A stretch of DNA of 40,279 nucleotides from a virus (IMGVR_UViG_3300028584_001240); one strand, 5' to 3'; shown: positions 18,793 to 26,211, numbered from the stretch's first letter. The notes: generated by a model not told the origin, from the sequence alone. Numbers and translations are program-made.

Positions 18793-18843
18793 TGGTGGGT
18801 AGCGGATATCGGCTTCTATAAATAAAAACCAACCCTTCTCCCC
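18793..18843 (-). ncRNA. Possible 51-nt tRNA-like minihelix ending in ACCA
   Basis: GGGGAGAAGGGTTGGTTTTTATTTATAGAAGCCGATATCCGCTACCCACCA folds as one long imperfect hairpin with several G-U pairs. It is preceded by the same 'tatGG' junction as the tRNAs. Confidence 0.4.
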
Positions 18844-18849
18844 ATAATT

Positions 18850-18937
18850 TGGCGGAAGCTGTGGGATTCGAACTCACGGGGCTATTACACCCGACAGTTT
18901 TCAAGACTGTTGCCTTAAACCACTCGGCCAAGCTTCC
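18850..18937 (-). tRNA. tRNA-Ser(UGA), CCA encoded
   Basis: Cloverleaf with ACAGT-CTTGAAA-ACTGT anticodon arm, long variable arm and TTCGAAT T-loop. Confidence 0.95.
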
Positions 18938-18956
18938 ATATACGGTATAACTAATT

Positions 18957-19045
18957 TGGTGAACGCACAAGGATTCGAACCTCTCGCCAACCGACCTGTC
19001 TTATAAAGGCGTCCGCTTTACAGGCGGATGACAGGAAATGCGTCC
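18957..19045 (-). ncRNA. Atypical tRNA-Tyr(GUA)-like RNA lacking a conventional D arm
   Basis: 7-bp acceptor GGACGCA/TGCGTTC plus ACCA; TCCGC-CTGTAAA-GCGGA anticodon arm; TTCGAAT T-loop. Only 10 nt lie between acceptor and anticodon stems, and CCTGTC there is complementary to GACAGG 3' of the anticodon arm. Confidence 0.8.
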
Positions 19046-19071
19046 ATTGATGTTACTATTGTATCTAAATT

Positions 19072-19159
19072 TGGCGGAAGCTGTGGGATTCGAACTCACG
19101 GAGCTGTTACACTCGACAGTTTTCAAGACTGTTGCCTTAAACCACTCGGCCAAGCTTCC
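19072..19159 (-). tRNA. tRNA-Ser(UGA), CCA encoded
   Basis: Near-identical to 18850-18937; differs only in the variable arm, including a compensatory G-C/A-T pair. Confidence 0.95.
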
Positions 19160-19180
19160 ATATACTATTTACATCTAATT

Positions 19181-19264
19181 TGGTGGTTAGTGATGGATTC
19201 GAACCACCGTGCCTTTCGGATTGGATTTACAGTCCAACGCAATCAACCGCTCTGCCAACTAACC
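19181..19264 (-). tRNA. tRNA-Tyr(GUA), CCA encoded
   Basis: TTGGA-CTGTAAA-TCCAA anticodon arm, class II variable arm, A73. Confidence 0.95.
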
Positions 19265-19296
19265 ATAAGGTTTTTACATATTTTTTTTCATAAAAT

Positions 19297-19380
19297 TGGT
19301 GGGTGCTGATGGATTCGAACCACCGTGTCTCTCGAAGTCGGTTTACAGCCGACCGCATTCGGCCACTCTGCCAAACACCC
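19297..19380 (-). tRNA. tRNA-Tyr(GUA), CCA encoded
   Basis: GTCGG-CTGTAAA-CCGAC anticodon arm, class II variable arm, A73. Confidence 0.95.
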
Positions 19381-19403
19381 ATAATACTTTTTACAACTAA
19401 ATT

Positions 19404-19491
19404 TGGAGGAAGATGTGAGATTCGAACTCACGGAGCTGTTACACCCTTCAGTTTTCAAGACTGACGCCATCGGCCACTCGACCAATCTTCC
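19404..19491 (-). tRNA. tRNA-Ser(UGA), CCA encoded
   Basis: TCAGT-CTTGAAA-ACTGA anticodon arm and long variable arm. Confidence 0.95.
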
Positions 19492-19544
19492 ATATTCTGT
19501 TACTAAGAGTTTTTCGTTTTGCTTCTCAACTCTTCATGTTTAAC

Positions 19545-19610
19545 ATTCTATCAACTTCTTTCGTCTTTGTCAACAACTATTTTAAATTATTTTCAACTAT
19601 TTTCTTTTTA
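19545..19610 (-). promoter_or_regulatory. Strong sigma70 promoter of the tRNA operon with AT-rich UP-like element
   Basis: TTGACA (19568-19573), 17 bp, TG-A-TAGAAT (19545-19553); A-tracts upstream. Confidence 0.85.
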
Positions 19611-19663
19611 AATCAACAACTTACATTGTTTTAGGTTGAACTTAACCCTGCCACTATGGACAT

Positions 19664-19696
19664 AAAAAAACCCTCTGAAGGTGGCCTTCAAAGGGT
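19664..19696 (-). terminator. Attenuator terminator hairpin
   Basis: ACCCUUUGAAGG-CCA-CCUUCAGAGGGU (12 bp) followed by a U-run. Confidence 0.88.
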
Positions 19697-19754
19697 CTGA
19701 GATAATTACTATCCAAGAATTCGAGGCCATAACTGACCTCTACTCTGGTCAGTT
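19682..19754 (-). promoter_or_regulatory. Mutually exclusive attenuator hairpins (protector, anti-antiterminator, antiterminator)
   Basis: AACUGACC/GGUCAGUU (19731-19754, overlapping the leader stop); GAGGUCA-GUUA-UGGCCUC (19723-19740); UGGCCUCGAA (19720-19729) complementary to UUUGAAGGCCA (19682-19692) inside the terminator. Confidence 0.75.
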
Positions 19755-19803
19755 AACTAGAATATGATGAATAATAATAGGATACAGCAAATGTAGGTTT
19801 CAT
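19753..19803 (-). CDS. Ser/Tyr-rich leader peptide MKPTFAVSYYYSSYSS (16 aa, below the ORF-track cutoff)
   Basis: ATG AAA CCT ACA TTT GCT GTA TCC TAT TAT TAT TCA TCA TAT TCT AGT TAA. GGAG SD 9 nt upstream and its own promoter. Confidence 0.85.
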   Translation of the reverse strand: MKPTFAVSYYYSSYSS

Positions 19804-19837
19804 TTTGTATTTCTCCACAAAGTAAATAATAGTATCC

Positions 19838-19866
19838 ATTATAACAGCCCGCTTAAAAGAATTCAA
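19838..19866 (-). promoter_or_regulatory. sigma70 promoter of the leader transcript
   Basis: TTGAAT-17-TATAAT with extended -10 TG. Confidence 0.82.
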
Positions 19867-19879
19867 GCGGTATGTTAGA

Positions 19880-20803
19880 TTATTTAAAACTTGTTCTCGT
19901 TGGATCATTCGAAGCTTTCTCAATTTCTTTGAATTGAGTGCTATTTAGTCTTTCTCTAAATATATCATCAACCTTAGTCCTTTTAGCAATAGGAGCATAT
20001 AAGGTGTCATACATATTAGCACACGTATCTATACAACGAACCTTCCAGAAATAGGCATTTTCAAAATCATTAATTTCAAGATATACACCAATAATGTATA
20101 GGGCTACTGTTTTGTTAGTAGGGTAAAGTTTTTGATAATAGTCAACAGCCTTAGCTGAGTTTTTGGTATAGACAAATCCTTTCTTATTTTGATAAGCGTA
20201 TAGAAGAATAAGTTCATCATCAAGAGGGTCACCGACTGAAAGTGATTCTGCCATTGTCATAAAAGCGGGTGCATATTTGATTTGTAGTTGTTCTACTTGT
20301 TTTAGATTTTGGGTATCGTTTTTAAAATATGATTTTTTGGAATCATATAGATCAATAAATGCTTTTTTATTGCCATACTGTAAAGAAAGGTTTAAATAAT
20401 TGAACAAATCATTTAATGCTTCTTGATTTTTAGTTAACGTTTCAAGATCATTGTAACCATTATAAGATTGACCATTTCTAAAAGATTCATCCAAAGTCGA
20501 TATAACCGAAAACTTTGATTGTCTTATAACAAAAGACTTTTCTGAGTTTTTGTAAACTATAGGTTCTCGATTTGCATCTGCTCCATAATAAGCGTTCAGT
20601 AATAGAGAGTAAGCTTCATAAGGGTCTTTTTGTTTTGTTGCTTCGTTTAATGTAGCTTCCAGCACCTGATCAAAATAAACCTTCGCTTTTGTTACATCTT
20701 CACGAACCAACTGGTTGCTGTAATCTACATGAGGATCAGAATCATTACATCCAGACAATGCCAGTAATAAGATAAAGCTTAATACATACTTAATATAGTG
20801 CAT
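19880..20803 (-). CDS. Lipoprotein with Sel1/TPR-like repeats
   Basis: Lipobox LALSGC; Sel1-like KGFVYTKNSAKAVDYYQK and DFENAYFW. Confidence 0.7.
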   Translation of the reverse strand: MHYIKYVLSFILLLALSGCNDSDPHVDYSNQLVREDVTKAKVYFDQVLEATLNEATKQKDPYEAYSLLLNAYYGADANREPIVYKNSEKSFVIRQSKFSVISTLDESFRNGQSYNGYNDLETLTKNQEALNDLFNYLNLSLQYGNKKAFIDLYDSKKSYFKNDTQNLKQVEQLQIKYAPAFMTMAESLSVGDPLDDELILLYAYQNKKGFVYTKNSAKAVDYYQKLYPTNKTVALYIIGVYLEINDFENAYFWKVRCIDTCANMYDTLYAPIAKRTKVDDIFRERLNSTQFKEIEKASNDPTRTSFK

Positions 20804-20817
20804 AGATAACTCCTAAG

Positions 20818-21045
20818 TTATGAAAGTTTCCAACTGGTGACGGTTTTTACGGGTTTGAAAGAAAGCTCTTTACCTGAAATAACGCGGAAGATAACATTTG
20901 AACATTCATCATGAATTTCATTGTCAAACTCTTCTTTAAAATCAAGAACTTCTTGTTCAGTATCAAATTCACTCAATTCATAGGTCGGAGACTCGCTTGA
21001 ATCGTAATTGTCGGGTGAAACATAGCCATGATAGACATAAAACAT
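20818..21045 (-). CDS. Small acidic hypothetical protein
   Basis: AGGAG SD before ATG 21045 (MFYVYHGY); TTGACA...TGATATACT promoter upstream. Confidence 0.72.
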   Translation of the reverse strand: MFYVYHGYVSPDNYDSSESPTYELSEFDTEQEVLDFKEEFDNEIHDECSNVIFRVISGKELSFKPVKTVTSWKLS

Positions 21046-21123
21046 AATAATTCTCCTATAATAAAATTCATGCAATAGTATATCATATGACACTTTTTGT
21101 CAATTTAAATATAGGCAACATGT

Positions 21124-21909
21124 TTAAATCAGATACATAGAAAGAATGTCTACTTTTTCACTCAAACGCTCCCTTGGCAACACAATAAGGGATTCTTTAA
21201 TTTCGTCATCATCATCAAGTGTATTAAGAATGTAATTATCAATATACGCATCGACAAAAATATCACCATGATATTCTGGGTTGAACAGTTCATTATTTTC
21301 AAATAGGTCTTCAAAGTAAAATTCTTCATTTCGGATGCGATGAATAGTCTGATCATAAATGTTAAAGGCAAAGATATGCTCATTTTTCTGATGTCCAAAA
21401 AAAGTAATCATAGGAACAATTAAGATGGTGCCATCTTTCGTTATCTTAAAGTGATTCTCTAAGTCACACATAAAATAACTTTTGCTTATCTTAGTAATAA
21501 GATAAGTGCGAGAATGTGTGTTCGCTATGAAAGGTAATGTAAAAGCAGACGTGCTGTCACGTTTGAACGAACAAATTTCAGTAGGAAGAATTTTGTTCTC
21601 CATGTAAAAAATTTTATCAAAATTGCTGTTTGAATTTATGAGAGTAAAAAAATCGTCTATGATCTTAAAGTCACTACGTTTCATCTTATTAATAGACAAA
21701 AGCTTTTTAACTTCTGGAAGATATTTGTTATTGGTTTTTATGGTAGTAATTGAATTTTTCTTAAAAATAAAGTCAACAAATTGTTTTTCTTTATCAAAGG
21801 TCGATTTGAAAATGATAATGTCATTGATCGATGTAGACTCAAATTTGCTTTTCGGATAACGAGAAGCAAATAAGTCAGCAATGGGTTGTGGAATCTTATC
21901 GTCGTTCAT
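21124..21909 (-). CDS. Paralog family B, copy 1 (unknown function)
   Basis: Homologous to 21978-22772 (HQxNExxFAFNIYDQ, FYFED, ESLIVLPRE...SMYLI); own promoter. Confidence 0.8.
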   Translation of the reverse strand: MNDDKIPQPIADLFASRYPKSKFESTSINDIIIFKSTFDKEKQFVDFIFKKNSITTIKTNNKYLPEVKKLLSINKMKRSDFKIIDDFFTLINSNSNFDKIFYMENKILPTEICSFKRDSTSAFTLPFIANTHSRTYLITKISKSYFMCDLENHFKITKDGTILIVPMITFFGHQKNEHIFAFNIYDQTIHRIRNEEFYFEDLFENNELFNPEYHGDIFVDAYIDNYILNTLDDDDEIKESLIVLPRERLSEKVDILSMYLI

Positions 21910-21977
21910 AGATACTCCATAATTTGCTGGATTATATCATAAAGTGCCTAAATGTTCAACAAAGTAATCTTATGCCA

Positions 21978-22772
21978 CTAAATAAGGTACATAGAAATTA
22001 AGTCTATTTTGGCTTTTAAATTTTCTCTTGGTAACATTATGAGTGATTGTCTAATAGAGTCATTTTCGTCAATATTATTAAGAATATGAGCATCAAGGTA
22101 CTCGTCAACTAGAATATCAACATGATAGTTAACATCAAAAAACTCTGCCGCTTCAAAAAAATCTTCAAAGTAGAATAATTTCTTTTTAACTTTGTAAATT
22201 TGTTGATCATAGATATTAAAGGCAAAAACTTGCTCATTGTTTTGATGTTCAAAAATTCGAATCATTGGAATGGGCAAAAATTTACCATTACGAGATAATT
22301 TAAAAGAATTTTCTAGATAAAATTGGCAATAATTTTCTTCTAAGACACTTGTTAATCGAGAAAATCCATGATCTTCTGTAATACATGGCAATATATAAGC
22401 CAGACCACTTTTATAGAAACGAAATATTTTTTTTTGATTTATTCTGTTAAACAATGTAAAAACTCTATTAAAATTAGAATTTGTTGGCAGAAGATTAAAA
22501 AAGACTGGAATGATATTAAATGCATCCACTTTAATCTTATTAAGAGAAAATAATTTATAAGAATTTTTCAAATTTTTATGACTTACTTTGATTTCATTGA
22601 TAGAATTATCACGAATTGTAAAACTTATAAATTTATTACCATCTGCAAAAGAGGACTTAAACATAATAGCATCATCAATATCAGGATTAGTTTTAAATAA
22701 TTTCACATTAACTTCTGGAAATTTGGTAGAGAAAAACTGAGTTAGCTCTCGTTCAACGTCTTTAAGTATCAT
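21978..22772 (-). CDS. Paralog family B, copy 2
   Basis: GGAG SD before ATG 22772; ends LPRENLKAKIDLISMYLI with a TAG stop. Confidence 0.8.
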   Translation of the reverse strand: MILKDVERELTQFFSTKFPEVNVKLFKTNPDIDDAIMFKSSFADGNKFISFTIRDNSINEIKVSHKNLKNSYKLFSLNKIKVDAFNIIPVFFNLLPTNSNFNRVFTLFNRINQKKIFRFYKSGLAYILPCITEDHGFSRLTSVLEENYCQFYLENSFKLSRNGKFLPIPMIRIFEHQNNEQVFAFNIYDQQIYKVKKKLFYFEDFFEAAEFFDVNYHVDILVDEYLDAHILNNIDENDSIRQSLIMLPRENLKAKIDLISMYLI

Positions 22773-22844
22773 AATAAGCTCCAAAATATATTGAATACTA
22801 ACACAAATAATGAATTACATCAACATAAATAATAAAATTAAGTT

Positions 22845-22874
22845 TTGACAAAAAATGGTGTTTTATGTTATAAT
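22845..22874 (+). promoter_or_regulatory. Consensus sigma70 promoter
   Basis: TTGACA-18-TATAAT with TG extension. Confidence 0.8.
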
Positions 22875-22897
22875 ATTTGATAAATTGGAGTCAATAT

Positions 22898-23617
22898 ATG
22901 AGTAAAATTACTACAGAAGATTGCAAAAATTTCATTAAACAAAACTTTGGCTTAACTACAACAGTCAATATCAAAAGAGATCGAAAATATAAAGATGCGA
23001 ATGGTGATATTATTCGTGTTTTTAAAATTAACGATACTGATACCTATCTTATCAAAGAAGACAATCAAGGTCAGCTATCACTTGTCACTGAAGACATGAT
23101 AGAACAAAAAGAAAAAATCTTTAATGCCAAAGCATTCCTCAGAAAGTATCTTAAAAAATTTAGTGATGATGAAGACGATGGCATTGAAAGTATGCACGAA
23201 TTTGTAGCCGAAGGCGAAAAATTATCAAAAGAAGACAAAGTTAAAATAGCTAACGAATTTTACTATTGCTTCCCATTGGTTTATGACAACGATATGGATA
23301 CTGTCACTAATGGTTTAGATACACCTATGTTTAGATCTGACAAATATGGGCCACTCACTTATGGGATTTTCTTTCATAACAGCTTAAAATCTGATCCTGA
23401 ACTCTATCTGGATGAGATTGTGAAAGTTATCATCCCTAAGTTTTTTGAAAAAGTGGACGAAAACATTTTTGAAATGAGGCTAAACAACCAAAATAAAGAC
23501 ATGACAATCAGTGATGTCATAAAATTATTTGATAGTCTTGGTTTCTCCTACAAAAATTGTCCTGAGTTTTATGGTGACGAAGATGATTGTATGCTCAAAC
23601 ACCTAAATTTAAAATAA
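22898..23617 (+). CDS. Paralog family C, copy 1 (MSKITTEDCK N-terminal module)
   Basis: GGAG SD before ATG 22898; homologous to 23649-24392. Confidence 0.8.
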   Translation: MSKITTEDCKNFIKQNFGLTTTVNIKRDRKYKDANGDIIRVFKINDTDTYLIKEDNQGQLSLVTEDMIEQKEKIFNAKAFLRKYLKKFSDDEDDGIESMHEFVAEGEKLSKEDKVKIANEFYYCFPLVYDNDMDTVTNGLDTPMFRSDKYGPLTYGIFFHNSLKSDPELYLDEIVKVIIPKFFEKVDENIFEMRLNNQNKDMTISDVIKLFDSLGFSYKNCPEFYGDEDDCMLKHLNLK

Positions 23618-23648
23618 ACTATCATTAACTACCAATAGGAAAAATAAT

Positions 23649-24392
23649 ATGAGTAAAATTACAACAGAAGATTGCAAAAATTTCATTAAAGAGCAGTATG
23701 GGTTGACAACTACTGTCAAAATAAAACGAGAAAAAAAATATAAAGATGGAAATGACGATGTTATCCGTGAGTTCTCTATTGAAGGATATGCTAACTGTTT
23801 TATCATAGAAAACAAAAATGGGGATCTTTCAATTATCAATGCTGATGAAATTGTTGCGAAACCAGTTAAATCAGAAAGTGTACAAGACTTTAATGCGAAA
23901 AAATTTCTTAAAAAGCACATTAAAAAACTTGAAGAAGATGAGGGTGACGATGACGAAGAAGAAGCACTTTCAGTTTTTATGAAAGAGACAGCAAAGCTAT
24001 CTCCTGAAAATAAAACGAAGGTGGCTAATGAGTTTTGTTTCTACTTCCCCTATGAAACATACAGCAACATGACTAAGTTTATAGTAAATGGTTTAGACAC
24101 ACCAATTATTAGAAAAGGTGAGTTTGGAAAAGAATCATTATGTGTAATTTTTTATGACAGTGTTGACTCTGAACCGGACTTATTAGTCAGTCATATACTA
24201 GAAGAAATATTACCAGAGTATTTTCACAAAGTGGACGAATACCATTTTGAAGTTAGTCTGAATGATATCACTAAAGAACTTACTATCAAGGACATGATAG
24301 AATTGCTTGAAAACTATGGTTTCACTTATAAGAGTAGCACTGAATATCTCGATACGAATGGCTGTATGTTGAAAAAGTTAAATCTAAAATAA
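23649..24392 (+). CDS. Paralog family C, copy 2
   Basis: Shares MSKITTEDCKNFIK, FNAKxFLxK, NGLDTP, GCMLKxLNLK with copy 1. Confidence 0.8.
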   Translation: MSKITTEDCKNFIKEQYGLTTTVKIKREKKYKDGNDDVIREFSIEGYANCFIIENKNGDLSIINADEIVAKPVKSESVQDFNAKKFLKKHIKKLEEDEGDDDEEEALSVFMKETAKLSPENKTKVANEFCFYFPYETYSNMTKFIVNGLDTPIIRKGEFGKESLCVIFYDSVDSEPDLLVSHILEEILPEYFHKVDEYHFEVSLNDITKELTIKDMIELLENYGFTYKSSTEYLDTNGCMLKKLNLK

Positions 24393-24400
24393 GTGTAAAG

Positions 24401-24427
24401 AAAAGCCAGATGATTTCTGGCTTTTTT
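24401..24427. terminator. Bidirectional intrinsic terminator
   Basis: AAAAGCCAGA-TGATT-TCTGGCTTTT. Confidence 0.8.
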
Positions 24428-24430
24428 GTA

Positions 24431-25081
24431 TCAATACACAATGTCTGCAACAAAGACATGGATAATATTGGGAGAGTTATCTTCAAACACCATATTCAAT
24501 ATTTTTGGACCCGGCGTCTTAATGGTTTGTGTTAACACCATATCTTTTGAAAACTCACTGGCAGGTGTCTTCTTACCATCTTTACCTGTGAAGGCTTTAT
24601 TTTTAGTCTTTAAATTATGACTGGAATAGAGCAAGAACTTGTTTTTATCAATATACAAAGCACCCACCGTATTTTGAGATGTTAAAATCATCTCTTTATC
24701 TTCGTATAGCTTATATTCTTGATGAGCTGTAATTGCCATACTGCCATTGTTCAATTCTATATCCGCATAGACAAAGGGTTGTCCAAACTTATTAAGCTTC
24801 CCATACCTACCCAGAACGGTTTTTATGTCGGTACCGGCTTCTAATAAAATATTGGAAGTCCTAATGGCTTCACTGTTCACAATGTAGTTGTTTTCTTTCA
24901 TGCTTTTCTTTGTGGTGGTTTTATACGTCATTTGAGCCACTTCTTTTAAAGCTTCTTTACTGGTTTCTATCTGGTATTCACTAATAACAATGGTACGGAC
25001 AGTGCCACCCACTTCTAATTCACCAGCAAAAACTGATGTAGGGAGTAGTGCCATACATAATACTGAAAATAGCTTAATCAT
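24431..25081 (-). CDS. Exported hypothetical protein
   Basis: Signal peptide MIKLFSVLCMALLPTSVFA. Confidence 0.72.
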   Translation of the reverse strand: MIKLFSVLCMALLPTSVFAGELEVGGTVRTIVISEYQIETSKEALKEVAQMTYKTTTKKSMKENNYIVNSEAIRTSNILLEAGTDIKTVLGRYGKLNKFGQPFVYADIELNNGSMAITAHQEYKLYEDKEMILTSQNTVGALYIDKNKFLLYSSHNLKTKNKAFTGKDGKKTPASEFSKDMVLTQTIKTPGPKILNMVFEDNSPNIIHVFVADIVY

Positions 25082-25107
25082 TATTTATTAATCCTCTTAT
25101 TTTAAAT

Positions 25108-25136
25108 AAAAAAAAGACCTACCGAAGTAAGTCTTT
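25108..25136 (-). terminator. Intrinsic terminator
   Basis: AAAGACTTAC-TTCG-GTAGGTCTTT plus T-run on minus. Confidence 0.78.
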
Positions 25137-25155
25137 ATTCGTGTATCTTTATATT

Positions 25156-25971
25156 TTAGCGACGTTTTTTGAAAATGCTACCACTACGCTTAAACATACT
25201 TGTCTTTTTTGCAGGTTGTGCTGATTGATAACTTGAGCTAGTGGTCTTAGGTTTAGTTACAACCTGAGTTCTGTAAGCATCCTTAGACAACGGGGCACCT
25301 GTTGCTGAGTTTGGTGTTACTGGTGTAAATTTATTAGTTGGTGCATTCGTCACTGGTGTGGTTGGACGAACAGGAGCTTTTGCGGGAGCCAACGCATTAC
25401 GATTTGAGTTCATACCATTGACTGGGGTGAACTTAGAACGGTAGTTGCTCACAGCCGATTGCTTTTGTGCTTGATACGATGAATAAGTACCACGCTTAGT
25501 ATCCATTGGACGATACTGACTATTCACAGCAGCCATGTTACCTTTGTTCTTGTTGAATGCGTTAAACAAAGCACTGGCAGTCAAACCACCCGCCATAGCC
25601 CACATAAATGTGCTAAGACCACTACCACTGGTTGCTTGTTCAACTACATTACCGGCTGCATCCACAACAGAACCTGCTTCTTCTTTGACAAGGTTAAGCA
25701 CTTTTTGACCAGCTTCATCAACACTGTAATAAGCGTCAACAATTGAAGGATCTTGGGCTTTCATTTTAGCAACCATATCTTTCAACTCTTTATCTTCTGC
25801 AGTCTCTGAAACGGCCTGATAAGCTTGGCTATTAGGGGCTGTAGTTTGTGTTTGAGTTGGTGTTGAATGCGAAACACCACGTTCAGACGGTGTTTGGTAT
25901 TCTTTTTGTTCACATCCGACCATGAAAATTGCAGAAAAAATCATAGCATACGAAATTGTTTTCTTCATCAA
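25156..25971 (-). CDS. Lipoprotein with hydrophobic mid-segment and low-complexity basic tail (loosely DUF1190/YgiB-like)
   Basis: Lipobox FMVGC; segment FMWAMAGGLTASALF; tail SSSYQSAQPAKKTSMFKRSGSIFKKRR. The family resemblance is tentative. Confidence 0.65.
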   Translation of the reverse strand: MMKKTISYAMIFSAIFMVGCEQKEYQTPSERGVSHSTPTQTQTTAPNSQAYQAVSETAEDKELKDMVAKMKAQDPSIVDAYYSVDEAGQKVLNLVKEEAGSVVDAAGNVVEQATSGSGLSTFMWAMAGGLTASALFNAFNKNKGNMAAVNSQYRPMDTKRGTYSSYQAQKQSAVSNYRSKFTPVNGMNSNRNALAPAKAPVRPTTPVTNAPTNKFTPVTPNSATGAPLSKDAYRTQVVTKPKTTSSSYQSAQPAKKTSMFKRSGSIFKKRR

Positions 25972-26053
25972 AGTTAAAACTCCATTAGTAATTTATTAAT
26001 TAATTATATCAAACGTGGGTTGGGTTGCAATAGATTTACATCATCTTGAAACA

Positions 26054-26152
26054 TTATGAAACAATAGTAAAACCAACAGCCGTAACAAGAGTAATAAAAG
26101 CAAGCGACAACATTGCAGTTTTGGACTTCTGAGTAATTTGACTAGCTTTCAT
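26054..26152 (-). CDS. 32-aa single-TM micropeptide MKASQITQKSKTAMLSLAFITLVTAVGFTIVS
   Basis: GAGG SD and TTGCAT...TGATATTAT promoter directly upstream; absent from the ORF track. Confidence 0.65.
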   Translation of the reverse strand: MKASQITQKSKTAMLSLAFITLVTAVGFTIVS

Positions 26153-26211
26153 AATATATCCTCTAATTAAGAGACGCTATAATATCATAAAAGGTTTGAC
26201 TATGCAATACA

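Noticed and set aside
18785-19485. ORF-track ORFs 18785-18970, 19028-19309 and 19288-19485
   Set aside because: They are chance frames across tRNA genes, with no SD or coding signature.
18850-19491. Repeated sequences as a CRISPR array for the TnpB/Cas12-like protein
   Set aside because: The repeats are full tRNA cloverleaves, not short repeats with unique spacers. No array is seen anywhere in the window.
18850-19491. tRNA-Sec or opal suppressor
   Set aside because: The anticodon is 5'-UGA-3' (reads UCA, Ser), not UCA.
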